A stretch of 63,062 bases of DNA, the filler included, from Octopus bimaculoides (Eukaryota), in NCBI RefSeq assembly GCF_001194135.2. It is 6 parts of 6 records of this genome, joined end to end, with 100 filler letters (N's around TTAATTAATTAA, not from the genome) between each part and the next. Parts side by side here need not be neighbours in the genome. Positions count along the whole stretch, not along the records: positions 35,003 to 49,382 come from NC_068987.1; positions 49,483 to 56,161 come from NC_068986.1; 4 more parts are not named here. One strand, given 5' to 3'. The notes beneath the pieces are model-generated. The model had not been told where the DNA came from. It searched no databases and saw only the letters and a list, made by a program, of their open reading frames with translations. This document shows positions 38,713 through 51,559 of the stretch, in pieces; the first letter of the stretch is position 1, and every line of letters starts with the position of its first letter. A program made the position numbers and the translations under genes.

Positions 38713-39541
38713 ATATCTATCTATCTGTCTGCTTGTCTGTCTGTCTATCTATCTAGCTATCTATACAGCTGTCTGTATTTCTGTCTGTTTGTCGTCTGTC
38801 TGTCTGTGGCCAGATTGAAATGCAGGCAGGGATGCAAGTGTAACAAATAAAGTCAATTGCATGACATTTCTAATATGAAACACTCATAGCATTTCTTTAG
38901 AATATGTCTTTGAAAAAGTTATACCTTCAATTTCTAGCATAAATATGAAAAATAATAAAAGTTTTACGCATTCTACTTGTTTGGGAAATGACTTTATCTG
39001 AATCTATCGGTCGAAACTGACGCAATCATTTAAGGGAAGACTCATTATGACATTTATAGAAACGAAAAATATTATTTCAGCTTCGTTTTAATTAGGAGTG
39101 TTATTATATTTAATGATGTGCCAAAAAAATTCTTGTACATCTACAGTGTGGTTTCTGACACAAATCCAGGATATGATTATGAAAGATATAATTATTATGA
39201 CAAAATAAAAGCAAAGTGAAAATAACGGCCATTTTTTTCAATGTTGCAATATAATCGAAATAATCGAAACAGAACAAGAAATATATTTGTATTTAGAGAT
39301 GGTGAGATAACACACACACGCACACACGCGCGTGCATACACACACATACACACACTACGCACTCGCTCAAACACAGACACATATACATATACACACACAC
39401 ATATATTTGCAAACACAAACACACACACATGCGCATACATATATAAAGCTAAGTAGGTTATGCCAAGATTAAATACATTATATATATATATATATTTTAA
39501 TGTCTATGAATCTCCATCTGTCTATCTATTTACACACACAC

Positions 39542-39589
<48 letters not shown>

Positions 39590-39631
39590 TATACATCTAT
39601 GACATATAATATAAAAATATTTCTATATGCA

Positions 39632-39690
<59 letters not shown>

Positions 39691-39939
39691 GCACACACAT
39701 ATATATACATATATATATATATATATACAGTAGTGTTTTATATATATACATATATATATATATAAAGCACGATTTATTCCTGATCAGAGGCGTTCGTAAA
39801 CCGTGGTTCTACTGTATATATATATATGTATATACATACATATATATAATTTGTTAGCGTATATATGTGTATATGTATAGAAGGCATACATTATAAAATC
39901 TACTGATTAGCTAACCAATGTTTTATTCTGCACCAGTAT

Positions 39940-40290
39940 GATAAACAGAGCCAAAGCGGAATTTAAAAAAAATTATTACATAGTTACTCGACATATTAAA
40001 TATAGCAGTCAAATCTGTCAAAAATCCAAACGGATTTTTTTCTATAAAAAAATAAGAAGAAGCGAAGATACACTTTATAATGAGTGGAAAACCTTTGTTC
40101 TGTTCAACGAGGAATGACTTGGAGCTAAAAGACAACATCAAAAGTGCCACTTTCTGGACTTTCCCAATTAGTGAGGTTCTGAAATAAGAAAATTTAATTT
40201 TTATTTCAGATTGATACAAAAGTTTACTTTTCGAGGCAAAGGGGCCTGAGAGGCTAATTCTAACTTCTGAACGCATTTTGTGTCACATGC
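39940..40290 (+). mobile_element. Possible hAT (Charlie-like) transposase remnant
   Basis: LDILNIAVKSV and KTFVLFNEE*LGAK loosely resemble VLN..VK.VN and LL.HTEVRWLS motifs; heavily decayed. Confidence 0.3.
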
Positions 40291-40477
40291 TTTGAAATAA
40301 AGAACTTCAATTATTTTTATAAGTAGTATATATCTGTAGAATCTTGCACTAAAAAAAAAGAATTAAATCCATCAAACTGTGAAATATAGGCTGGGGGTTA
40401 AGAAGTTCTTTTCGCAACCAAGTGGTTTTAGGTTTAACCCCACTGCGCGGCACCTTCGGCAAGTGTCTTCTACAATA

Positions 40478-41125
40478 AGGTGGCGAGCTGGTAGAAACGT
40501 TAGCACGCCAGGCGAAATGCTTTACGTTCTGAGTTCAAATTCAGCCGAGGCCGACTTTGCCTTTCATCCTTTCGGGGTCGATAAATTCCTCGGCGGAATT
40601 TGAACTCAGAACGTAATTGCAGACGAAATACCGCTAAGCATTTCGCCCGGCATGCTAACGTTCCTTATTTCTCTATTGCACACAAGGGGCTAAAAACAGA
40701 GGGGACAAAGGAGGACAGACAAAGGGATTAAGTCGATTACATCTAACCCAGTCCATAACTGGTACTTAATTTATCGACCCCGAAAGGATGAAAAGCAAAG
40801 TCGACCTCGACGGAATTTGAACTCAGAAGGTAACGGCAGACGAAATACCGTTAAGCATTTCATCCGGCGTGCTAACGATTCTGCCAGCTCACCGCCCTAA
40901 TGATATTGTTTTTTACTCTAGGCACAAGGCCCGAAATTTTTGGGGAGGGGGCCAGTCGATTAGATCGACCTCAATACGCAACTGGTACTTAATTTATCAA
41001 CCCCGAAAGGATGAAAGGCTAAGTCGACCTCGGCGGAATTTGAACTCAGAACGTAACGGCAGAGGAAATACCGTTTAGCATTTCGCCCGGCGTGCCAACG
41101 ATTCCACCAGCCCACCGTCCTAATG
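40478..41125. mobile_element. Cluster of SINE family D: foldback pair plus two tandem minus-strand copies
   Basis: 40478-40586 (+) joined to 40587-40655 (-); copies at 40660-40900 and 40905-41125. Confidence 0.85.
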
Positions 41126-42379
41126 ATATTAACGAAACAGCAAGTACACGAGGAGGTATGCCTGTAATAATTAAAGTAAAGGTGACATCTACATCTTTTT
41201 AAATAATAAGAGTAGAAATTAATATTATTAAATAACATTATTAAATGATATCAATTTCAACCAGTTGTCAGCATACTTAAAAAAACTTCTGAAGACCGTG
41301 TCTATTTTTAGTATACAAGGGTTCCACATAGTGGTCTCTCCTATTGTTTAAATCTTTTTAGTCTGCGTCCAATTTAAATGTGAAGGCGTGACGCTATTCA
41401 AATTACTGATGTGACTCTTGAGATCCTTCTGAAGTAAGCCTGTGAGCATTCTCAAGCAGAGATGAACTTTGATGATGGAGTTGCCATAGTCTACTGAGAG
41501 AAGCCAATAATATAGTTTGGGACACTTATTTCAAATGCTAATAACTCATATTTATATTCATATAGGCGACATATCGAGAACGAAAGTTCAAACTCCAGTT
41601 TAAGCTTGTGGTACCTCTGTTGTTTACTGTCGATCACCAGGGCTACGGTCAGTGAGTTACCCCCTTCATCAGAAACTTGGAGTCTCTCTCTTACCTGTCA
41701 TTTGTGTAGAATTTCAAATAGAACTTGGTGATAACCAAGAGAAATCCTCGATTTTCATCAGTTCCCGTTGATTTGGCCAGTCCCGAGATTAACCATGTTG
41801 TTGAAAAACACTCAAATAGATGATGCGGATTATTAAGAGGTTTGATATATTGAGAAGTGCGTTTCAACAACGTTGTCTGCGTCAAGTTGCAAGCATTTTG
41901 GATGCCATTTTGAGTACAGGAAATCCATCTGACAACTCTAGGCAATAAAGTCTGTGAGGATGAATCGTCCACATTTTAGAATCCAGGAAATAAGAAAGGT
42001 GCTTGACAATAATGACAACTCTTTAAAAGTGTCAATCAAAAAAAAAAAAAATGCTGCTTTGACGCAAACAGAAATCTCAACGAATGACTTCACTTAGGGA
42101 AGTGCAGCGCTACAAGCTTCATAGAGACTTGTAGGAGCAAACAATTCTTTTGGAAATAAATGACCCCAGAGTAATTTTTCTAACCCACTACTACTATTTT
42201 CTGATCGATTCTTCACTCCTGCACCATGTCACATTTCTTAGCATACTTTATGGAAATGTTGTATGGACGCTCCCAAGCGATAAGTAGGCTAGTCCAATAC
42301 GCATAAATAGCTAGACGAAAAGCGTCGGGCAGAGAGCGAGCCGGAGCCGTCGGTAGACTAGACGTCGAGTCGTCAGAAG

Positions 42380-42890
42380 TAAGAGTTGAGTAGAGGTCAT
42401 CTGCACGTGCGATATAACAGGAAATAAGTCCAACTAAAGACTTGACTGGAGAAGGGTGTTAGTGTCAATTTGTTATCAGTTTTGAAGAGCTACTTCTCAG
42501 CTTGTCTGAAACAACTGTGTAGGAAAAGAGATTTGACGAATATTTCATGAAAGTTTTCTTGCCTGAGTATACAACGTATTTGAAGATGTCAGCAAAAGTA
42601 GATACTGATTGGGATCAATATCACACATTGGCAATCAAAAGTGGTGCAAAGAAGACATGAGTAATTGGTGCACATCAGCGTTCGTTTGGTAGTGCTAAGA
42701 TTCCAGGAAACTGGCATTGCAAATGCAGATAAGTAGAAGTTATTTTCGCTCGTTTAAACAGTATTTAGAGAAATATAGATCCAAGAAAGTAAGTTTGTCT
42801 AAATAACATTCTGTACGAGAAGTGGAAAGTAGTTGGAGGATGTGATCTGATCCAAAACTAGTGCAGATTCTCACCTATATGTGGATGGGT
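42380..42890 (+). mobile_element. Possible Academ-like DNA transposon remnant (XPG/PIN-like domain)
   Basis: FDEYFMKVFLP...KVDTDWDQY..IKS...AKIPGNW, then NADK*KLFSL and ADSHL in order, matching from memory the F.EY...VFLP/RVD.VWD.Y/KIP.NW/N..NK.ELF/EADTR motif series. Confidence 0.4.
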
Positions 42891-44614
42891 TGTCCTTTAT
42901 TTAGTTTGTAGTTATATTTAATCTATTTGCGACTCAGTGCCTGAAAACATTGGAATTCTATATATCGCTGGCAGTGAGATTTGGGTGATATGCAGCTAGC
43001 GGCTAGCTGACACTGAAGAGACGCAGTACGTAAAAATCACGTGATCTGGTTGTCCCGGTGCTCGTAGCAGGCTATTCTCGTCTACTAACAATATATATAT
43101 GTATGCTTTTATGGCCCATGCGTCCGTATGAAATGTGATCCTCGCAAGGTAAATACCGCAGTATTCGGCATTCTAACAAAACATCCACGATAAGTTAGAT
43201 ATGAAGATTGCCTTTTGGTATTAATACTGCTTCTGTCGCTAATAATCACACACACACACACATGCACACACAAGTATATGTATCTGTGCACGTGTGTATG
43301 AATCTATGCGTCTATATTAGATTATTCAAAATGTAAGTTAGTCCTTGAGCGCACAGTGCTCCTGAAAGTCAGCAATGGTCTTCCTCGGTCACGAGTGGAC
43401 GGCCATTATATTAGATTACAAGAGGCAAATGTAAAAAAAAAAACAACCTATTAAGCAATATGGACAAATTCTGCAGAGATACCATAAGGCATATGAGTTT
43501 AGAGAAATGTTAAAAAGTTACTCTAAAAATGATGGCTATATTTACTAACTGAATTCAGAATTAAAACAGAAGAATCTGTACATCCATTTAGGCGAAGATG
43601 GAAATAAGTTGCAATATATAAACAAAAGCATTGCAACAGATCGATACTGCCGAAGTACTGAAAATTGAATTCAATGTCATAAATAAGATGTTTGACATGT
43701 ACTTTAATATATATCTCCTTGTGTGTGAAATAAGAGTGAAATTAATTTCAGTAAAAAGTAGTTATGATTATGAATACAGAGAACGTGAACAAAGATAGAA
43801 AAGCCGCCGCTGTGCTCACAAATTTACATACAGCTGAAAAAAAGAAAAAAAAAATAGAGAAAGGCAACAACTCTGTTAGATGTACTGAACACATACAACA
43901 CAAGATGTTTTCAGTTCACTAAGACAAACCGCACTATACATTCTATGCAATTACGTACACTCCTGTAATAAGTTGTAATGCCATGTCACAACAAAAAAAA
44001 AAAAAACAGCACTAAAAGAAACACAAACTCAGTAAATTAAAAGGAACAGCAACCATCTTCTCAACAGAACTGAAAAGACCAAAACAACACAACTCAGAAA
44101 CAGAGATGTTCACCGGATAGTGTAGTTAAAATTCGCACGAAACTACAGGAAACCATCACCACCACTACCACCACTACCACCACTACCACCACCACCACTA
44201 CCATCACCACCACCACCGCCGCCACAAACAACAACAATTGTTTCTTTTATTTATTTTGTCACTTTTGTTATGTTTTTTTTTTGATAGACAGCTATTTCTG
44301 TGAAGATATTGTCAGAATACCTATAAGGATAAATACAGGCATGTTTTAGAAAATAGCGATACGAGAGTATGTAAATATTGTTAGAACATTTTCGCGCAGA
44401 ATTTCTTAACCTTGTAAATTTTTTTTCGACATGTATTCAAAGATTGTATTTGATTCTTTTTAATGGAAGACAGGAAAGTCTTGAAGTGCTTTCCAAACCA
44501 TGAATAATAAAAATAACAAAATCAACAAGAACGATGACAATGACAACTGCAACAACGGCGTCGTCATCATCATCGTCATCATGAACAACAACAACCATAA
44601 TAATAATTCTTTCT

Positions 44615-44920
44615 ACTATAAGCACAAGGCCTGAAATTTTTGCGGAGAGGGAGCTGGTCGATTATATCAGCCCCAATGCTCGGCGGAGTTTAAAATTAGA
44701 ATGTAAAGCCGAATGAAATGCCAGTAAGCATTTTATCCGACGTGCTAATGATTCTGACAGTTCACTGCCTTAATGGTTTCAAATTCTGGCACGAGGCCAG
44801 CAATCTTAAGGGGAAGAGAAGACGGATACATCGATCCCAATACTTGACTGGTACTTTACTTTATCGACCCCGAAAGGATGAGAAACAAACTAGACTTCGA
44901 TAGTATTTGAACTCAGAACG
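44615..44920 (-). mobile_element. SINE family D, rearranged
   Basis: gcacaaggcctgaaattt...atcgaccccgaaaggatg...atttgaactcagaac. Confidence 0.7.
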
Positions 44921-44949
44921 GTGCACTAACATTTCAGTTATAATATTCT

Positions 44950-45382
44950 TCTCTTTTACTCTTTTACTTGTTTTAGTCATCTTGACTGTGGCCATGCTGG
45001 AGAACCACCTTTAGTCGAGCAAATCGACCCCAGGACTTATTCTTTGGAAGCCTAGTACTTATTCTATCGGTCCCTTTTGCCGAACTGCTAAGTGACGGGG
45101 ACGTAAACACACCAGCATCGGTTGTCAAGCGATGTTGGTGTGGNNNNNNNNNNNNNNNNNNGGGGGGGGGGGGACAAACACAGACACGCAAACATATACA
45201 CACACATACATACATATATACATATATACGACGGGCTTCTTTCAGTTTCCGTCTACCAAATCCACTCACAAGGCTTTGGTCGACCCGAGACTATAGTAGA
45301 AGACACTTGCCCAAGGTGCCACGCAGTGGTACTGAACCCGGAACCATGTGGTTGGTAAGCAAGCTACTTACCACACAGCCAC
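44950..45382 (-). mobile_element. Composite SINE family A
   Basis: Full head plus 3' module in reverse orientation. Confidence 0.85.
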
Positions 45383-45980
45383 AATGCTTCTATTTATTTA
45401 TTTATTTAGACACTGAAGGTGATTACATTCACTTTCATTCGTACATGAAATTACATGAACATTAGGAGGGATTAAAAAAGCGTGTGGCAGACGAACAAAA
45501 CAACATTATACAAAGAAAAGAAAACGAGAGCACTGAGTCAGGGACGTTAACAAAGAAGGCAGGTTAAAATGACATGATAAATACATAACTAAAGCAAACA
45601 CAATAAATACAGCAAGCTATTATATTAAATAGACCAACCCACACACATGTGAAAACCTACCACTTAGGACAGGTGATAGCACCCCACCTCTTTGCCCACC
45701 GGCCACTCTTTACACTAGATTGGGTGCATCTAAAAGTTTCACTTAACATTCTCTGTTTGGAACGAAACAAAAACACCTCATGCTTTCTGGATATTCGTGC
45801 TTTAACTCATGATAATATCCTGGTACTATTTCTAAAATTCTCTCACTGTAGTATTTCGACCTTATTTGATTTTCTTTAACTTGTACATCGAGACTGTATC
45901 ATTTGCACCACGTATGTATTAATTTGTTCACAAGGTTCTAGTTTGTTTTTAAAAATGATTTAAATTTCTTATCATCATCT

Positions 45981-46352
45981 TTATTACTTCCGCCGTCATT
46001 TAGGGGGAGGTGTTGTTTTCAGTCGTGTTTGTTTGCTTTTTTGTCCGTGGACAAGATGTCTCAAGAACCACTGGATGGATTCGGATGACACTTTCAGGGA
46101 TCTTTGGCCTCGTAATTGGCACGAACTGATTAGGTTTTGGGATCGATCTGGCACTGGCCAAGAATTCTGGATTATTTTTCCTGTTTTTTACTTAACTTTT
46201 GAGAGTGGTCGGATTCATTTTTAATATTCTCGTTTGTGAGAGCATTCGAGTTTATTTCAGATATTCTCATTTTAAAAATCATCTCTGGCTGATCATTGAA
46301 AGGACGTTGGTGTTGCCTTGGCAGAGGTTTGCGCTCTCTGAATGCTCTTGTT
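45981..46352 (+). mobile_element. Non-autonomous Helentron-like (HINE-type) element
   Basis: 5' ttatt-acttccgcc and 3' ggcagaggt subterminal inverted repeat, GTTT microsatellite near the 5' end, 3' gcgctctctgaatgc hairpin-like motif ending in TT. Confidence 0.5.
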
Positions 46353-46958
46353 ATCATTATATTCTGGCATTTTACACATCTTTAGATCGGATTCGGCCTT
46401 CCTTTTCTACTGGATTCTCTTCTTTCTTTATTTCCCAGAGATTTTCACCGGCTTCCATTATGTCTTCATTGCTACTGAATGAAGGTTGGTGGAGGAATGG
46501 GGTCAGAATTTCGCTCGTCGGTTCCTGGGAGTGAGGACGAGGGGGACAGTCCAATTTCTCTTGGATCTGGAATCTGTGAAAACCTACCACTTGCTGTTGT
46601 CGCTTCTATTCACCTCTACTCCACTCGATCTTGAACTCACTATCACCGCTTATTGTTATGGGCCCAAGAGGAATTAGACAAGAAGAAAGAGAAATATCCA
46701 AAACTGGCTGATTTGGCTAAAGGAGAGATTGACTTCTCAAAATAATTGATTTCTTGGAGGGTTTTTTTTTACTTATATTTTGGTCTATCCAGGAAGAAAA
46801 AAGAAAAGAAAACAACTGTCTGAATAAATTGATATTTAGAAGAACTAATTTTGGGGACATCGAGTGAGACCAATCAGTTGGAAGTTGGCGGGGTTTACCA
46901 TTTGTTTCCAAACCAAATTTGGTAAATATCTATGGTTTATTGTATATTGACACTTCTT

Positions 46959-47023
<65 letters not shown>

Positions 47024-47098
47024 CAACAACAACAACAACGACAACGACAACGACAGCAAAACACCACCACCACCACCACCAACAATAATAATAATAAT
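46959..47098. repeat. Compound (CAG)n(CAA)n(GAC)n(CAC)n(AAT)n trinucleotide microsatellite
   Basis: Directly visible. Confidence 0.95.
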
Positions 47099-48174
47099 GG
47101 ATATGATAATTACAATAATACCATTTGTTTCTTTCTAGCATTGCCAATTCATACATAGAAAGGATTACAAAAATATTACAAACACGATTAGTGATTATAG
47201 ATAAATATACATATGAAACAAGTGTAACGGAAAATACATAATTTGCATTGAATGACATAGTCTAAGAAAAATATGGCCTCCTACACATACTGGGGTGGGA
47301 AGTCCTTGTTTGGGTCGGGTCAGAACTCACCTCAACTTTGATCACCTCTCACTGTCGTCTATCATTTTCTTTTGTGAACTGGCGGCTATGAAGTCAGTCG
47401 TCCCCAAAATCCCCTTTCTGCCCTGAAACACTAGTATCCTGGCTTTTCTTTCTGCAGCCCGGACGGGAGACAACACTGGAACAGGTCGATGCTCTTTGGG
47501 TCTTCGTGGGGTCATTAAGGCTTACATATCTCTAATAACCCACATCCTTTTATTCGTCACTGCTAACCAGAGCTGGTACAACATACTTGTACCGTACTTC
47601 TTAAGTAACAATCATTCAATATTGAACGTCGTGGCCAGCAATTTATATTCAAGCCATCGTGCTACACCGCTCAAAGTATTACGGCTTAAGCTTCTGAGAA
47701 GGTGCATACCACACCAGCTGGTCTACTTTTCTTCTTCAGTTTTGAATATCATGCATACAGTACCGTAATTTCTTCCTCGTTCAATAGAAGAGATATTGTT
47801 CTACATATCGGGCAGAGATGCATATAGTTGCTCCTTCCGACATAATAAGAGAGTCTGTATCTTTCAAAAATGTAAAGATATATTTTTTCCTTTTTCACTG
47901 ATCACTAAAGAACTGAGGCTCCACTACAAAGACATGTCCTTCGCAAAGTAATCCACGTCTTGTGTCTGTTTATTGGATGCTGCCTTCATCGTTCAATTAA
48001 AACTTTCCACTCACAACCTTCCTTTGGTGAAAAGAGCTTGTGTGTGTGCATGCGTATGTGTCTGTGTGTGGCTGTGTGCGTGTTTGTGTGTGTGTGTTTG
48101 CGCGCGCGTGTATGTATGTGTATGCGTGTATCATTGTCACTGTTGTTATTATTAATCGTGTCGTTTAAATTGTC

Positions 48175-48573
48175 GAGTGGCTGTGTGGTAAGTAGCTAGC
48201 TTACCAACCACATAGTTCTGGGTTCAGCTCCACTGCGTGGAATCTTGGGCAAGTGTCTTCTACTATAGCCTCGGGCCGACCAAAGCCATGTGAGTGGATT
48301 TGGTAGACGGAAACTGAAGGAAGCTCGTCGTATATATGTATATATATGTGTGTGTGTGTGTTTGTGTGTCTGTGTTTGTCCCCCTAGCATTGCTTGACAA
48401 CCGATGCTGGTGTGCTTATGATCCCGTCACTTAGCAGTTCGGCAAAAAAGACCGATAGAATAAGTACTAGGCTTACAAAGAATAAGTCCCGGGGTCGATT
48501 TGCTCGACTAAAGGCGGTGCTCCAGCATGACCGCAGTCAAAATGACTGAAACAAGTAAAAGAGAGTAAAAGAG
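48175..48573 (+). mobile_element. Composite SINE family A
   Basis: Head, (TA)(TG)n spacer, 3' module ending gaaacaagtaaaagag repeats. Confidence 0.85.
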
Positions 48574-49600
48574 ATAAGAGGAACACTATTTTGTTTGTGA
48601 AATATTTGTATTTCGCTAAATTTGTATTTTTTCCTTGATTATTATCTGTAAACTTTAGATGTGTTTCTGCACGGCCTACCTAGGCAGTTAGTTTACGAGT
48701 GGAAGGCTATCTTTTACCAGAAATTACAGCCTTCTTTTTTCCCCAAATAGGATTAGGTAACATAAGCAATTAAATTCCTGACTTATGCTGAAAGAAGGTC
48801 CACATTACTAAGCAAGTTACTTGAACATGGTAACAATATGGGGAAAACGAGGCGAAACGCGTCAAATTGTCTCAGCATAGTAATGAGGATGATGGTAATA
48901 ATGATGATAATGATGATGAAGATGATGGTTTATTTTTTATTGGCTGCAAAGTCGAAGATGTGAGGAAGTGTACAAAGGAAGAAGATTAAAGAAAACAAGG
49001 AAAAAAAAAGTAACATTGGGAGTTTTATCTCCAGTGAGATCAATGAGCAACAATAAAAATACATTAAATAGATAACAAGGGATAATAAGTCGATAATAAT
49101 GGAGTTAAAGTGAAAGAGATTCTTATCTTGTTAGTGTTAGAGAGATTAAAGGGCTAAAGAACAATCGATGTACAAGACTGGAATTTTAAATCGAAAGTTA
49201 AAAATCAAGAAAGCGGGAATTTTTTTGTTAATTGTAAATGTAACAATTGGTATTTAATTACCAGTATACGAATATAGCATTTTTTTACACATTGATGATT
49301 CCTTGTTCTGAGAAAATAATATTTGATGAAATATCTTCAACGTTGTAATATTTCCTTCAATTATCTTTTAGGTCATCTACACNNNNNNNNNNNNNNNNNN
49401 NNNNNNNNNNNNNNNNNNNNNNNNNNTTAATTAATTAANNNNNNNNNNNNNNNNNNNNNNNNNNNNNNNNNNNNNNNNNNNNTTATGATATAAATATAAA
49501 CTGTGAGAACGACCCTTAAGGAATCTAATTAATGATCTCCTAAGGTAAGTTCTTATGCTATATTGGTAACGGTTGCTACATCCTCTGGGAAAATTATTAT

Positions 49601-49642
<42 letters not shown>

Positions 49643-49716
49643 TGCTGCAACATTAAAAACAGTCATTGCACACATTCGTTGAGATGAGCAAACTCTACAA
49701 CCCTGGTGTCAGTAAG

Positions 49717-49765
49717 ACCCGCTGAGGATGAACTAAGGGTATTTCGAAATCACGGTGATGCGGGT
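49717..49765 (+). ncRNA. Hammerhead-like motif (ATCACGGTGAT helix III; G at the cleavage position)
   Basis: ACCCG-CTGAGGA-tgaactaagggtatttc-GAAA-TCACGGTGAT-G-CGGGT. Confidence 0.45.
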
Positions 49766-50006
49766 ATGTCTGACTTTTTCAATTTTCGATTACTTTCGTC
49801 ATTCGTACGGGGTCTTAGGGTTTTTGTTCATTTACCCGCTTTCACTTTTGTGTTTAAGTGAAAACTTGTGGTTTAGTCATTTTGACTGCTATGTTATCAT
49901 GCAGGGTACTGCCTGTTAATACCCTTAATTATTAATTGATAATTTTTACATTTATTGGTATTTTTACGCATGCCAAGTCACTGATATTATAAACAATAAT
50001 ATCCTT

Positions 50007-50230
50007 TTGCACTGTTGATAAAGCTGGAACGTCATCCCCTAATGTAGCAACCATGTCAGCATGAATGTCCTTGGGGGTTAAACCATTTTTCTGCAGTACT
50101 TGATAACAGCAAGATGCCAAATTTTGTCCAATTTCTAGAGAAGTGGCTACAATTTACTTTTGAAGTTTTCTTTGAATGGTCAAATGTCAGTTTACCTGAA
50201 AAGAAACAATGCAGTTAATAAGAAAAAGAA
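50007..50230 (-). mobile_element. mariner transposase N-terminal (HTH) fragment
   Basis: KNGLTPKDIHADMVATLGDDVPALSTVQK. Confidence 0.75.
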
Positions 50231-50350
50231 CTGAAATTAACGCATACAAGATTTCGCAGCTCTTGCATCACTCCTATATTGTCAGTCTTTGAACTTTTCC
50301 GCTCACCCTCGTTTATATACTCTCCAGTAGTTTTACTGTTACCGTACTGG

Positions 50351-50406
<56 letters not shown>

Positions 50407-51559
50407 CTAAAATTGATTCCTTATGAAAGCAAAAAAATGTTTAAAGGTAATTTTCTAATGGTTTAATCAGTGGTGGAAGAATACAACCCTTGACTTGGTG
50501 GGGGGAGCCTCTACTACAAATGGACTCCGTTAAAGGCACTCAATGACCAGGTGATTGTGTTAAGCAGGGCAAATAACAATGTATTTAGTCTACCATTTAA
50601 TAAAGGCACTCTGACGGGCTTCCACACAGTTTCCGACAAGCAATTTTCACTCACAAGGCTTCGGTTGACCTGATGCTACGGTTTATAACATTTTCTTCAA
50701 GTGCTTGAAGTAGGGTCGAACCAAAAATCTCGTGGTTACAAAGCGAATTTGTTGATCATACCGCCAATATGAACCTAACACAAAATTATTGACTCACCAC
50801 CAACGTCATCGTCTCATATATAGCAGTGGAGTTATTGTTAAATTATTTTACAATTTAAAGTATTTGAAGCAAATGAAAAATCTAATTTGAAACACTTTTA
50901 CCGTGAGGAAAAGATAACATGCTCAGTTACTAATATAATAGTAATCAATTCAGCAAATACGGGAGACAACTCGAGACATTGTCCGATCTCCTTAAACCTC
51001 CTCGTTTTATATACCGTGTGCGTGTGTGTGTAGCGAGAGAGAGAGAGAGAGAGAAAGAAAATGAGCTTCATGGTGTTCATCCTTTTCCAGGTTAATACTA
51101 ACGACGACGACGACGCCAAGGCAACGCATTCGTGACTTGTAAGTAAAACGAAATAAGTTGAACGGCGCTGACACGGTTGATCGTTTAGTAGTAACTAAAA
51201 CTACTGAGGAAACAGAAGACAACTAAACCTGTGCATAATCAATACGAAAGCGACTTTTAAATCGATGAAGCAAGTGTCTATTTTCAGCAAAAGACTGCAC
51301 CAGTTCAGTAGGAATATGCCACCGTATGCAAAATAAGCATTTGACATGCGTGAGAAATAAAATTAATGCACCAAACTCCATGGCTTTTTACGCAAACATA
51401 TATTTCTTATCTCACTCTTTCTCTCCCCCTCTTCTCGATACATATCTTTGTGTTTTTTAATCTGGTCATCATAAATATTCCACTCGCTGATCACATTCTG
51501 CTAAAATACTGCGGAAGGCTGAAAGAATATAAAAAAGAGAAAACGTGGAGAGATAATTA

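Noticed and set aside
41640-41680. Minus-strand CTGATGAAGGGG...CCC
   Set aside because: Lacks GAAA and helix III; at most a decayed motif.
41691-41972. 93-aa minus ORF ending at a strong AG|GTAAG donor
   Set aside because: No recognisable homology, and phase 2 does not fit the phase-0 acceptor of the mannosidase exon.
47300-47900. CpG-richer segment with donor-like sites as a candidate first exon
   Set aside because: All frames close before the donor; parts resemble a decayed RTE C-terminus.
48780-48880. GAAACGCGTC hammerhead 3' half
   Set aside because: No convincing CTGANGA and stem II upstream.
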